DNA of 64,000 nucleotides from a virus: the IMG/VR virus record IMGVR_UViG_3300012953_000013, positions 120,867-184,866 of that record. One strand, given 5' to 3'. Both the position numbers and the translations under genes were made by a program. Shown here in pieces: positions 10,658-20,864 of the stretch. Numbering within the stretch: position 1 is the stretch's first letter; each line of letters begins with the position of its first letter. The notes under the pieces were generated by a model. It saw only the letters and a list, made by a program, of their open reading frames with translations. It did no database searches and had not been told where the DNA came from.

Positions 10658-10906
10658 TTAAAACGGCCATCTCCAGCCAAACTCACGGCTGAAGTTTTTT
10701 GCTTTTTGGTTTTTTTGCTCCAGAGCAACTTCGACATCTTCAGTTGAACCCTCTTGTAAAACGCAATAAAGGTTCTTAGAAGCTTCTAAAACTTCCTTGA
10801 ACCTTTTTATTTGCGGACCGCTGCCTTTAATCTCTACCTGAGGTCTCATTCCGAGAATATAGGCAGCCGAACTTGATATAAGCTGTTTTTTATTTTTGGT
10901 TTTCAT
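10658..10906 (-). CDS. Hypothetical protein (82 aa)
   Basis: GGTGGAG RBS; two tandem ATAGTTA motifs upstream. Confidence 0.7.
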   Translation of the reverse strand: MKTKNKKQLISSSAAYILGMRPQVEIKGSGPQIKRFKEVLEASKNLYCVLQEGSTEDVEVALEQKNQKAKNFSREFGWRWPF

Positions 10907-10941
10907 ACAATAACTCCACCTTTACATATAACTATTAACTA

Positions 10942-11200
10942 TCACGTAAATCTGCGAAGTTTTGCTGGAACTTGTGCTCTTCCTCTTCCCTGCATGGCTC
11001 TAGTGTTTGGTTCATTTTGGGCAGCTCCTCTGCTAGCCCCATTAGATTTCTTAATCTCGCTATTCAATCTTTGAATAAACCATCTTCTCTTCCAAATGGG
11101 TATAGTCATGCACTCATGGTAGCTAAATCCCATGTAATACATTAATAGAAAAGTTTCTTCTAAATAGACTTCCTTATCATTCGGAGTCAGGCCAAAAAAA
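10942..11200 (-). CDS. Tail-assembly chaperone C-terminal ('T') frame, probably reached by frameshifting
   Basis: The frame of the track ORF 10942..11142 stays open upstream to 11220 and reads FFGLTPNDKEVYLEETFLLMYYMGFSYHECMTIPIWKRRWF. It overlaps the end of the 287-aa gene at a run of seven T (11194-11200). ATG 11142 has no RBS. Confidence 0.65.
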
Positions 11201-12040
11201 CGAGGCTCCCAGAGGGAGCTTTACCTCCGAAGATTCAAGGCAGCTAGGACAGTCCATCCAAGCTTTCATGTCAATACCTGGCTCGTTTTTATCGATATAC
11301 TTTCTCAGGAACAGTGAATCTTTCGCTGGCATATTCCTAATAAAGAATCCGATTTTTGTCTTATCAGTAACATCATCAATTGAATGAATACTGTAACTCA
11401 AACGAGTCGTAACAAGGTTATCATTAAGCATACCCTGCTTCTTTTTTCTCTCTTGCATTTGAGATATTTCTTTTTCCTCTACACCAGTTAAGAAACGCCA
11501 CTTAACTTTCTTTCGTGTAACTGGAAGTTCGCACTCAAATAAATTAGCACCAGGAGAAATTGGAGCTATGTCCAGTCTCTTAATTGGAAGCTCAGCGAGG
11601 TTGAATTCTTGCTTCGACCTTTGGCCGCATGCTGGACAATCTACCTCAACCTTATATCCAACTCCATAACCTGTAATTCTTAATGCAACCATTAAAGCAT
11701 TTCTATCGCCTGTAAGAGCTCGTTCTGCATCAAACCCTTCGTCTACAACGCAAGACTTAAGAAGTTCAGAAACAACTGTACCCTTTTTAATAAGGGCTTT
11801 TGAAGTTAGAATATCTTCTTCTCTTGCCGTCATGGCTCTAATTGAAATGGTTTCTTTTCCGTGCATCGGTGAATCGGCAGGATATGTAATCCCCCTAGAG
11901 GGAAGTGGTACTGCTTCTACAGGAACTTCAAAACCAAAATCATCTTTCATCACATTTCTCGATGGAAGACCTTGAGGGTTGCTACTTGCTCCCGTAAAAA
12001 CTTCATTGCGTTTTGTTCTATCGCTTTTTTCTTCTGACAT
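11177..12040 (-). CDS. Tail/baseplate assembly chaperone (T4 gp26-like) with two CxxC motifs
   Basis: 287 aa with IRAMTAREEDIL, DRNALMVALRITGYG, CPACG, CPSC, ending FFWPDSE. Located between the tube and tape measure genes. Confidence 0.7.
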   Translation of the reverse strand: MSEEKSDRTKRNEVFTGASSNPQGLPSRNVMKDDFGFEVPVEAVPLPSRGITYPADSPMHGKETISIRAMTAREEDILTSKALIKKGTVVSELLKSCVVDEGFDAERALTGDRNALMVALRITGYGVGYKVEVDCPACGQRSKQEFNLAELPIKRLDIAPISPGANLFECELPVTRKKVKWRFLTGVEEKEISQMQERKKKQGMLNDNLVTTRLSYSIHSIDDVTDKTKIGFFIRNMPAKDSLFLRKYIDKNEPGIDMKAWMDCPSCLESSEVKLPLGASFFWPDSE

Positions 12041-12101
12041 CTAATCAACTCCTATATGCAGAATACCATATAATTCAAATATAAATATATCTCTTGTAAA
12101 A

Positions 12102-12135
12102 TAAAAGGGAAAGCATAAAGCTTTCCCTTTTTTTT
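12102..12135 (-). terminator. Intrinsic terminator after the tail tube gene
   Basis: Stem AAAAGGGAAAGC-ATAAA-GCTTTCCCTTTT flanked by A/T tracts; may act in both directions. Confidence 0.85.
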
Positions 12136-12156
12136 ATGGAGCAATTTAGAAATATA

Positions 12157-12645
12157 CTAGTATTGCAGCACACAGTTATCAAACCGGATTGTCAATGCAA
12201 TCTCGGTTGGATCTTCAGTACCATAATCTAGATCGCCAAATCCAGCGGATGTTAAGAAACATCCTTTAAGGTCCCATAATTCTACAACGGTACCTACTGG
12301 GTCAAGCATCTTGAGCTGGCAATCTCTCTTGTAGAAATCGGCATACCCTGATCTTCCTGAAACTGTTTCAGTATGAGTACGTACCCACTCCATGACTTGC
12401 TGCGCACCAGAAGGGGCAATTGGGTCATAAAGTGTAACGCTTATAGCGTCGTAGTTGAGCTTTCCAGCCAAATATCTGCGGCTATTAATATACTGGATCT
12501 CTTGTTCTGAAATTGTTACGTTTGGTCGGGCCGCAGCCTTCATTAAGAATGCATCAATCCCCTCTATAGCGAAAACCCATCGAAATTTTCTTTTGGGCTC
12601 GAACTTATTGGGGAGCATATCTCCAACTGCTAATGTTTCTGCCAT
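12157..12645 (-). CDS. Tail tube protein (T4 gp19-like)
   Basis: 162 aa with FEPKRKFRW, YINSRRYLAGK, VTLYDPIAPSGAQQVMEW and IALTIRFD; immediately downstream of the sheath genes. Confidence 0.9.
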   Translation of the reverse strand: MAETLAVGDMLPNKFEPKRKFRWVFAIEGIDAFLMKAAARPNVTISEQEIQYINSRRYLAGKLNYDAISVTLYDPIAPSGAQQVMEWVRTHTETVSGRSGYADFYKRDCQLKMLDPVGTVVELWDLKGCFLTSAGFGDLDYGTEDPTEIALTIRFDNCVLQY

Positions 12646-12691
12646 TTTATTACTCCTATATCTCTAATTATTAAGCTTAGCATGTTAGTTA

Positions 12692-15600
12692 CTAAATCTC
12701 CGTACCATTATTGGTAACAACAAAGTCCAGAGAGATAAATTCGATAGATCTCGTTGGTTGTAAGAAGATCTTACCTCTGATTGTATTGTTTTCCACGTCT
12801 GCCTGAGTGGTGGTTGTGGTATCAATAATAACTTTGAATCTATCAAGTCCCTGCTGCTGCTGGATTCTAGTAAGAACTGGATTAACTGCAGCTGAGAATC
12901 TTGCCAGTGTATCCTCTCGATTAGGCTCGAATAGGAATGTATCTGCGATTCTTCTAACTTTTCTACGAATGTCGATCAGTAGACGTCTTACGTTAACTCT
13001 ATCAAGCGATGAAGCTGCTGCAAGAAGTGTTTTCTGGCCGAATACAACGACCCCAGCCGAAGTTGGGAATTTTGTGATTGGGTTAACATCGGCATCATAG
13101 AGAGAATCTAGATTTCCTCTACTCAAGTTAACCGTCGTTTGGACTACTCTCTTTAGAGCACCTCTAGTAAAACCAGCTGGTGCAAACCAAGGATAAGCAA
13201 CCTTATCATTATGTGCGAAGGCTCCAAGTACTGCTACTGAAGGCGCGCACCTTACATTGGTGTTGGTACCAGGGTCTGTAACTAATACGTCTGGGAAGTA
13301 AGCAGCTCCAAAAGAACTGTCCATTACCCTAGACTTAAAGTCATCAACCGTGTTACCAACGCTGACATTTTGAAGATTGGATGCGGTAACTACATTATTG
13401 AGAGCATCTCTTTCTTCGATATCCATAATGTATATCGCGTCGAATCTCTCTTCCGTCTTAGTCAAGGCGTAATCAGTTACCTTAGTTTCCCTAATGCCTG
13501 GGATAGCAAGAATCTGTACGTCAACGTCGGACTTTTCAGCCATAACATCTAAGGCCTTCATGTAAGTCTTAACCGTTGGACCATCAGCTTGCCCCTGATT
13601 TTCATCATCCATTTCTCTAACACATGCAAGGTTCGAAAGTGATGATTTCTCTTTATCAAAGATATTAACACCGTTGAATCCACCCTGCACTGGGAATGTG
13701 AATTTCAAGAATTTTGTAGAAGCTGGATCGCTAAAGTCCTTAGCAACATCCAAAAATCTTCCCTGGTCTTCAGTTCCGTCTTCTTTTCTCATAGCAGAAG
13801 CTAATTTGCCAGTTCTTCTATATTGAGCAAATGCCCACTCTTTAGAATCAACGACATCAGAAACCGACTTAGTATGAATCTGGATTCTTTCCATCGTGAA
13901 GACGTTATTGTTGAACCTATCAGAATCTAATACTGTTCCTTCAACATCTACTGCACCACGGTTATCTCCAACCCAAGAAGCTCTGTTGACTGTCTGGAAG
14001 TGAGAATAATATCTTGAGAATGATAAAGCGCCGTCTCCAACATTGGAGCTCTTGTTTGGCTCATTCCAAGAAACCAAGTTTTCAAACTGGAATCCCCACG
14101 GAAGTCTAGAATTAACTTCTCTAGATGGGTCGGTACCCAAAGAAATATTTCTTCGAAGAACATTTGGTGGCTCTACTATGCTCTGCATGGCAGCAGCTGA
14201 AATATATCCTTCATCTACGTCGCCATCTTCATTTACGCAAGGGGTACATGCATCACCAGTAAAGATCTCAGACCCTGAGGTTACTAAGTGGTAAGGACCA
14301 GAATATCCAACTGGAAGAGCTGAATTGTCTATGTTTCTATTGGTAACGTCTGAATGCATTTCAACTCTAATAAGTCTCGATACGTTAGGATGAGTACCTT
14401 CAACAACCACTCTCTGGTTTCCAGCCATTTTATCAAAATCGTAATAAATGTTATAGTCACCAATTCTTCTTGCGATGTAGTTATCAGATCCTGGGTCTAA
14501 ATTGACTCCTGGGAATACTTCTAATGCAGCATCTTCACTAGGCGGAACTCCGTCTGGTGGATATATTCTCTTAACGAGAACATCGAAAGATCCAAACGAG
14601 TTATCTAGTTTTCCATTTTTAAGATTATCAATCTGAATTCTAAAGTCTTCGCTACCATTCTTTCCGTCATCTAAAGCATGAATCTTGAAAAGAGTTTTGC
14701 TGTTAGCGCCGAATTTTTGAGATGTAACCCATGGAGAGAATGCTGTTCTGAATCTGTCCTGGAATCCTTCAAAGTTTGGTACCGTTGCTGAACCAGCATT
14801 TCTATCAAGCGAGCTAGTCATTAAGAATGCGATTGGCTCCATATTTGAACCTGTTGGAACCCAATCTGCACCACCAGCTAAAATACCCGATCCAGTTACT
14901 ACTGCAACGTTTGGATGGATTGGATAATAGTTGTAAAGCAGGTGACCGGCTTCTTGAATCTTAAGTGGATCAGTATTTAAAATGTTTGGCAAGTATGTCG
15001 GATTCAAAGGAGAAAGCGACGCGGTTACTCTGTTTGGATATGCTTCAGTATCAATATGCCCGTTAAGCAACATGGTGAACTGATAATTGGAAGTACTAGA
15101 AATATTAACGTTTCCAATCCAACCTCCAGCTCCAGTTCCTTGATCATCAGCAGCATCAGACCCCGGTTCATTACTAGCGTAAGATCCACTTAGAGAAGCA
15201 ATAACTCCTGACGGAGTCATGATTACTCCGAGGAGAATCGGGTGTGCTAATCCTTCACTAAAGTCTCCCGTTCCTCCAGCTAAACTATCGGCAACTCCAC
15301 CAGCAGATGGAATTGCAATTGCTCCGCCGCCATCTACAACTTCTGCAAGATCTATGCTGTTTCCAATTGTACCAGTGGTATCCGCAGTTAAATCAGTATC
15401 ACCAATTACAGTACCCTCGGCAGCGGTTAAACTATCAATACCGTTTGTTGCACCATCAGCAAAGTCAGCTCCATAAGTTGCAACTGAAGCATCGGCCGTT
15501 CCATTAATAGCAGCTCTAAGATTGGTGGCTGATGTAGCTGTATCAGATTCAGCAAGTACATGAATTTGATTAGTTCCACCAGCTGCTCCGATTGGATCTG

Positions 15601-16270
15601 CCTTAAAAATAATTCTAACGGTTCCACCAGCACCACCGAAATCACTACCATAACCAGCGGGTATAACAACTGTAATTTCATCATCTGGAGCAGGAATTCC
15701 AGTTAAGCCAATAGCATCATCTAAAGATGCAGCTTCTCCTGCTGTTACTTGAGTATCCTGAATTCCAGAATCGCTGAGGAATGTACTCCCATTTGATTCT
15801 GAAAGGAAAGCACCAAGCATGTAGGTTCTACCAAGAGGGGTTGAATCGCCTCCTGCTACTGCATATGGGTTGTCTCCGACAAATCCGTTTCCACCAACTA
15901 GCCGTTGGCCAACGGTAAAACCAGCGTTTTTAACTCCGCCAGCCTCAATCGAATTTCCATCTGCATCAGCCGTTCCAGCTGTTGACCTTTTAACTCCTGT
16001 ACCGACTCCGAGCACTCGAAGGAATGTTCCCGATCGAGAATTCTTCATCCACTCGTACATTGCCAGTGGTCCAAGTTTCTGTCCATCAGTAGCACCAAAA
16101 ATTGCTACAAAGTCTTGCCAGGTCGCCACAGTCTGGGGTACGAATGCAGGACCTTGTAGCGAAGTGCCGATGACACCTGCTGGAGTCCCCTGCGGTTTGA
16201 TCGCTGTGGGTCCTGACAGATCAATTTCTGTTGTGCCTACCCCGGGGCTTCTAAATGTAAGTTCTGCCAT
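12692..16270 (-). CDS. Tail sheath protein, paralogue B (T4 gp18-like)
   Basis: 1192 aa. N-terminus FRSPGV...PAGVIGTSLQGPAFVP. C-terminal sheath motifs YPWFAPAGFTRG, INPI, VFGQKTL, LDRVNVRRLL, LFEPN, GKIFLQPTRSIEFI. Confidence 0.93.
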   Translation of the reverse strand: MAELTFRSPGVGTTEIDLSGPTAIKPQGTPAGVIGTSLQGPAFVPQTVATWQDFVAIFGATDGQKLGPLAMYEWMKNSRSGTFLRVLGVGTGVKRSTAGTADADGNSIEAGGVKNAGFTVGQRLVGGNGFVGDNPYAVAGGDSTPLGRTYMLGAFLSESNGSTFLSDSGIQDTQVTAGEAASLDDAIGLTGIPAPDDEITVVIPAGYGSDFGGAGGTVRIIFKADPIGAAGGTNQIHVLAESDTATSATNLRAAINGTADASVATYGADFADGATNGIDSLTAAEGTVIGDTDLTADTTGTIGNSIDLAEVVDGGGAIAIPSAGGVADSLAGGTGDFSEGLAHPILLGVIMTPSGVIASLSGSYASNEPGSDAADDQGTGAGGWIGNVNISSTSNYQFTMLLNGHIDTEAYPNRVTASLSPLNPTYLPNILNTDPLKIQEAGHLLYNYYPIHPNVAVVTGSGILAGGADWVPTGSNMEPIAFLMTSSLDRNAGSATVPNFEGFQDRFRTAFSPWVTSQKFGANSKTLFKIHALDDGKNGSEDFRIQIDNLKNGKLDNSFGSFDVLVKRIYPPDGVPPSEDAALEVFPGVNLDPGSDNYIARRIGDYNIYYDFDKMAGNQRVVVEGTHPNVSRLIRVEMHSDVTNRNIDNSALPVGYSGPYHLVTSGSEIFTGDACTPCVNEDGDVDEGYISAAAMQSIVEPPNVLRRNISLGTDPSREVNSRLPWGFQFENLVSWNEPNKSSNVGDGALSFSRYYSHFQTVNRASWVGDNRGAVDVEGTVLDSDRFNNNVFTMERIQIHTKSVSDVVDSKEWAFAQYRRTGKLASAMRKEDGTEDQGRFLDVAKDFSDPASTKFLKFTFPVQGGFNGVNIFDKEKSSLSNLACVREMDDENQGQADGPTVKTYMKALDVMAEKSDVDVQILAIPGIRETKVTDYALTKTEERFDAIYIMDIEERDALNNVVTASNLQNVSVGNTVDDFKSRVMDSSFGAAYFPDVLVTDPGTNTNVRCAPSVAVLGAFAHNDKVAYPWFAPAGFTRGALKRVVQTTVNLSRGNLDSLYDADVNPITKFPTSAGVVVFGQKTLLAAASSLDRVNVRRLLIDIRRKVRRIADTFLFEPNREDTLARFSAAVNPVLTRIQQQQGLDRFKVIIDTTTTTQADVENNTIRGKIFLQPTRSIEFISLDFVVTNNGTEI

Positions 16271-16304
16271 TATTTTCTCCTAATATCTATCAGATACTTA
16301 TTCA

Positions 16305-19300
16305 CTACACGAACAATACGCCGCTATTTGTTATAATAAAATCAATTGCGATAAATTCGATTGATCTCGTTGGTACAACAACAATTCTTCCGTTAAGCCT
16401 ATTTTGTTCCACATCGTCTGTAGTATTATTAGTACTGTCACAGACAACCGCGAACTTTTCAATACCCTGTTGGGATTGAACTAAGGCTAAGATTGGAGCA
16501 ATCTGTCCAACAAACCTCTGTCTTGTTGCTGGCGTGTTAGGTTCAAAAAGAAGTTTATCTGCAATTTGAACAACGAGCCTCTTCACTTCTAAGAGCATTC
16601 TTCGAACATTAACTCTATCTAGTGCCGACTTGGCTTTTTGTAGAGTTTTCTGACCGAATATTACGAATCCGCCCTGCGGGAAGTTAGCAATTGGGTTAAT
16701 TCTAGCATCATAGAGAGTATCTCTATCAGCTGTACTTAATCTTACTTCAGTGTTAACCACGGTACCTAAAGAACCACGATTGAATCCTGCTGGAGCAAAC
16801 CATGGATATGCAACCTGGTCATTATAACCAAGAGCTCCATAAGCCACTACAGAAGAGGGAACCCTAACGTTCATATTATTGATAGGATCAGAAATATAAA
16901 CGTCTGGATAGTAAGTTGCTGCGTAGTTATTATCAAACCCGCGTCCCTCAAACTGCTCTGCGGTTTCTCTAGGGTTGCTAAATGCATCTGAGTCATCGAA
17001 AAGTCTGTTTTCATCTTCGTCATATTGCTGAATATCCATTACGAACATTGCCATCGAATAATCTTGATTTAATCTTGCAGCGTGATCTGTAACGAATGGA
17101 TCTCTAATTCCTGGTATAGCTAACAAGTTTGTGTTAACTATCATTGGATCTGTCATTATTTCGCATGCTTTTCTGTATGAGAAAATAACGTTATTAAGAG
17201 ATCCAGCACCCATCATTGTGCCGTCATCAGTACCTGCTAATCCAAGTCCTCCCGTGAAATCTGAACCAGCTTTTCCACCAGCATCGGTAGAAGCCGCTCT
17301 ATCTCTCATTAGCCTAATATCTTTATCAAGAATGTTCAGCCCATCAAAACCTCCATAGAAAAGGTTGGTAAACTTAGCATAGTTTGTAAATCTATTAAAC
17401 TTAATAGAGCTTGATTGTATTAACGATGCGAACGTAAGCCTATTACCCCACCCAAGCGGATCAGGAATCGTGTAATCGCTTCCATCTGGCTCTCCATCTC
17501 TTAAGTAGAAAGCCTGCATCATGTGCTCATTAGCTGAGCCTGTTATCGTATTAAGACTAACCTCGGTATTGGTCAAGGCAACCTTTGCTAGCGTAAACTT
17601 GTTATTATTGAATACGTCAGCGCCTGTGCCTGATACCAGGTTGTCACATTTTTGAATACCATTAAATCTTGTGTATGCATTAACGAGAGGGTTGAATACT
17701 CCACCAGCATTTGGATCTAGTGTTGGTGTTGCTATTCCAGAAGTACTGTAAGAAGAACTAAGTGGAATTCTAGCAGTCATTGTTCCCCAATATAGTCTTG
17801 GGTCAATGCGCTCATTTTCACCAACTTGACCCTGGTATGTCAAATCGCTTGATTTTGTTTTTCCTCTAGTAACCTTGCAGCGGAATGGAAGTGGAGGAAC
17901 AACAGCACCTGTTAACAATAGAGCCATTTCTTGGTCATCGTTTTCTCCACCCGACATCATTCTCTGGTTACCAGCTTCTTCAGTTGTAACAACTTTTCCA
18001 TTGGCGGTTAGACCAGTGAACCAATCTGTAAGAGTATCATTTGTCTTTAAGACTGGCATGCCTCGGAATCCGAATGGCATAGAAGTTGCAGGAACCTGTT
18101 TTCTATATACCGCATCATTGACAATAACTCTGATGTTAGCTGACTTGTTTGGATATTTTCCAGAAACGACTAGTCGTCTTTCTGCAGGATCCTCAGCATC
18201 AAAGTCATATTTTGCTTTCATGTCACCGATTTGCTTTCCAATGAACCTATCACTATTTGGATCTAAAGATAGATTCGGGAATGTTTCTACAAATTCTTTT
18301 GACGTATCTAGATCGTGAAGTTTTCTAACTTCTACGTTAAATGTTCCGTATTGGTCGTTTTCATCAGTAGAAGCGACCAAGTTGCTAATGGATATTTTTA
18401 GTTGCTCATTAGCATAAGCTCCATCACTGAGAGCTTCAAAATAGAATAGATCGTGCTCTTGAGTTCCGAACGGCTGCGATATGAAATCGGTAGTTCTCGG
18501 AGTTGTATATCTCGTATCGAATCTACCAAAAGAATCTACCCAATCATCTCCAAGCCCAACAGCATTTTCTACTGACGACCCTGAAATAATTCCAATAGAA
18601 TTATCCCTCCAGCTCACTGGAGCTAGCTCATCTTCGACTGCGTAGTCTAAATAAAGGATATGGTTTGATTCTTCAAATAAGTCTGGTTCTGAGTTTAGTG
18701 ACTTCCCAATATAATGCGCACTGGCCGGATTCAAAGAAGCTGTATAGATTCTTAGTCCCGGAACGTTATCATCATTTCCCCATGCTTGACCAGCAGAAGA
18801 AGAAACAATAAATTTGAACGTCTGGAACTGAGCATTGGTATCAGCTTTTGCAGTATTATCTACCGTCATCTGCGTAGCTAAACACTTCGTAGACGTTGAT
18901 CCTCCAACCCATGAAGCATCGATATGCTGGTCATAACTTGCGATCAAAGACCTAGATCCCGTAGAGTTCAAAATAACTCCGCGGACAAGGTTTACTGTGT
19001 TCTCAGCAGCTTCTCCGAAATCATCATCTCTAGTAGAAAGGTCAGGATAACTCTTGTTTGACGTAAACAGCGGAAATCCAACGCCCTCTTCAGATGCTGA
19101 CACATAATGTGCAGCAACCAAAAATTGCACAGCACCCTGTGCGGTTGGATGAGCGTCTGCTGCATCTCCGCAAGCCTGTGATGTTACTCTAAATCCTGCG
19201 TTTTTTACGATTCCATAAGAGACAGTATTACTCATATCGGTAGAAGTAGCATTAGCTCCTGCACCGAGTACTCTTGTGTATGTTACTGCATCTTTATGTT

Positions 19301-19523
19301 TTAAATATTCTCTAACTGCGTAGGGTCCGAATCTATCGGGGTCAAGAGTTCCGAATCTTGTTTCGAAATCTGCGAAAGATCCCACTGATACCGGAACAAA
19401 TGCAGGCCCTTTTTCTGCAGTACCAATAACTCCTGCAGGAGTTCCGAGCGGGGATTTCTGTCTCTGTGAAAGATCGATTTCCTGCTCAAAAAATCCTGGA
19501 GATCGGAATGTTTGTTCTGCCAT
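16305..19523 (-). CDS. Tail sheath protein, paralogue A (T4 gp18-like)
   Basis: 1072 aa. FRSPGF...PAGVIGTAEKGPAFVP; YPWFAPAGFNRG, IFGQKTL, LDRVNVRRMLL, LFEPN, PTRSIEFIAIDF. Confidence 0.93.
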   Translation of the reverse strand: MAEQTFRSPGFFEQEIDLSQRQKSPLGTPAGVIGTAEKGPAFVPVSVGSFADFETRFGTLDPDRFGPYAVREYLKHKDAVTYTRVLGAGANATSTDMSNTVSYGIVKNAGFRVTSQACGDAADAHPTAQGAVQFLVAAHYVSASEEGVGFPLFTSNKSYPDLSTRDDDFGEAAENTVNLVRGVILNSTGSRSLIASYDQHIDASWVGGSTSTKCLATQMTVDNTAKADTNAQFQTFKFIVSSSAGQAWGNDDNVPGLRIYTASLNPASAHYIGKSLNSEPDLFEESNHILYLDYAVEDELAPVSWRDNSIGIISGSSVENAVGLGDDWVDSFGRFDTRYTTPRTTDFISQPFGTQEHDLFYFEALSDGAYANEQLKISISNLVASTDENDQYGTFNVEVRKLHDLDTSKEFVETFPNLSLDPNSDRFIGKQIGDMKAKYDFDAEDPAERRLVVSGKYPNKSANIRVIVNDAVYRKQVPATSMPFGFRGMPVLKTNDTLTDWFTGLTANGKVVTTEEAGNQRMMSGGENDDQEMALLLTGAVVPPLPFRCKVTRGKTKSSDLTYQGQVGENERIDPRLYWGTMTARIPLSSSYSTSGIATPTLDPNAGGVFNPLVNAYTRFNGIQKCDNLVSGTGADVFNNNKFTLAKVALTNTEVSLNTITGSANEHMMQAFYLRDGEPDGSDYTIPDPLGWGNRLTFASLIQSSSIKFNRFTNYAKFTNLFYGGFDGLNILDKDIRLMRDRAASTDAGGKAGSDFTGGLGLAGTDDGTMMGAGSLNNVIFSYRKACEIMTDPMIVNTNLLAIPGIRDPFVTDHAARLNQDYSMAMFVMDIQQYDEDENRLFDDSDAFSNPRETAEQFEGRGFDNNYAATYYPDVYISDPINNMNVRVPSSVVAYGALGYNDQVAYPWFAPAGFNRGSLGTVVNTEVRLSTADRDTLYDARINPIANFPQGGFVIFGQKTLQKAKSALDRVNVRRMLLEVKRLVVQIADKLLFEPNTPATRQRFVGQIAPILALVQSQQGIEKFAVVCDSTNNTTDDVEQNRLNGRIVVVPTRSIEFIAIDFIITNSGVLFV

Positions 19524-19557
19524 GTTTTATCTCCTCAAGCTCTTATGCTGTCTATAG

Positions 19558-19564
19558 TAAGTAT
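19558..19564 (-). promoter_or_regulatory. Putative late-promoter motif ATANTTA upstream of sheath A (representative copy)
   Basis: ATACTTA about 35 nt upstream of the start. The same heptamer occurs upstream of about 18 genes (listed in findings). Confidence 0.6.
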
Positions 19565-19583
19565 TAATGTTAAACTCAAAAAA

Positions 19584-20864
19584 TTATTTTGGTGTGAGTA
19601 CTATTTCACCCAAATCAAAGGTTAATTGCTCCCTGTACACAGTTTCGCCCTTCCTTTGGTTCCTAGAAGTGATATTCAATCTCTGTTTCACCATTTCTCC
19701 GGTAACTTTATCACGATAAACTCTCTCAACTGTTAACGGTTCTCTCCCAGCTTGAGTACCACCGACTGTTGTCGTTTTGTAATACTCAGGGTCAGGAGTG
19801 ACTGCGTGACCACCAATTACTGCTGCTGATCTAGGATCATCCATAGTTTTTAAATCCTGCAAAATATAGTCATCTGGATTTCCGCTTGGAATTCCTTCAA
19901 CCTGTATTTGTTCTGGTATGGCTGATACTTCGGTCATGTCAAAAGTAATTTGCGGAGCAGAAATATATTTTCTAATTGCGCTTTCTCCACCCGGAAAGGT
20001 TGGATTCACTATATATCCTGTTACTTCCACTGTTATTGTGTACTTAATTATTCTCTCATCGTCCGTGAATTCATCAAAATTTAATTCTGAACCTAAAGAA
20101 TCACCAAAAAATGCTGTAAACCAATATCCTTTATCAGTCTCGATCCTAAATGTCCTACCACCCTGACTGTGGTAAGAAGACATTATAGCATTTAAAACAT
20201 CATTCATTTGTTGCATATATTGGGCCCAAAGAGTAACATCGTAAGTAGCTGTAAAATATTTTGGCGCTCTCATGGTGTAGATCTCATATATATTATTTCC
20301 AAGTTTATCAGAAATTAGTTTTCCAGATTGGAAATCTTGAGATTCATCTCTTTTTGGTGCTCTTTTAGCTATTTCTCCAGGTTTAGTTCCATCGCCTTCA
20401 GATAAATTTGGATTGACGTTTGGTAAATAGTGGCCTGAAAAAGCGCGATCGTCTTGGTTTTCTAAATTTTCTTTATTTATTAAACGTTGATAAGATGGGT
20501 CTTTAGAAGAGAGTTTCTTCTTTATGGTTATATTACCATTTTGATTTGTTCCCATCCCTCTAGTGGCATTCTGGGTTATCCCGCTTCTTAAAATAGACAC
20601 TAGTGGTAAAATCAAAGCCCCTGCTTTATCTCTTAACGGCTTTCTTCTTCTTAAGACTGCAAATCTTTCGCCTGTCGCAAATATAACAGGTATTCTTTTA
20701 GAGTTTTTGTTATTTTCTTTGTAGAACAAGGGTAAATCTTCATTAAAAAGCTTAAACAAGGCTCTATCAACATCTTCTATTGTGCAAGATGGTACATGGA
20801 GATCTTCTCCATTAGAAGAACCTTCTGGATTTGCTTCGGGACTAGTTTGAAAATACGTAGACAT
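19584..20864 (-). CDS. Tail terminator / sheath stabiliser (T4 gp15-like)
   Basis: 426 aa with DVDRALFKLF, RIPVIFATGERF, LPLVSILRSG and YDVTLWAQYMQQMN; located between the neck and sheath genes. Confidence 0.65.
   Translation of the reverse strand: MSTYFQTSPEANPEGSSNGEDLHVPSCTIEDVDRALFKLFNEDLPLFYKENNKNSKRIPVIFATGERFAVLRRRKPLRDKAGALILPLVSILRSGITQNATRGMGTNQNGNITIKKKLSSKDPSYQRLINKENLENQDDRAFSGHYLPNVNPNLSEGDGTKPGEIAKRAPKRDESQDFQSGKLISDKLGNNIYEIYTMRAPKYFTATYDVTLWAQYMQQMNDVLNAIMSSYHSQGGRTFRIETDKGYWFTAFFGDSLGSELNFDEFTDDERIIKYTITVEVTGYIVNPTFPGGESAIRKYISAPQITFDMTEVSAIPEQIQVEGIPSGNPDDYILQDLKTMDDPRSAAVIGGHAVTPDPEYYKTTTVGGTQAGREPLTVERVYRDKVTGEMVKQRLNITSRNQRKGETVYREQLTFDLGEIVLTPK

Noticed and set aside
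16291-16302. ATAAGTA upstream of sheath B as a promoter copy
   Set aside because: It has one mismatch to ATANTTA and overlaps the stop region of sheath A, so it was not counted.
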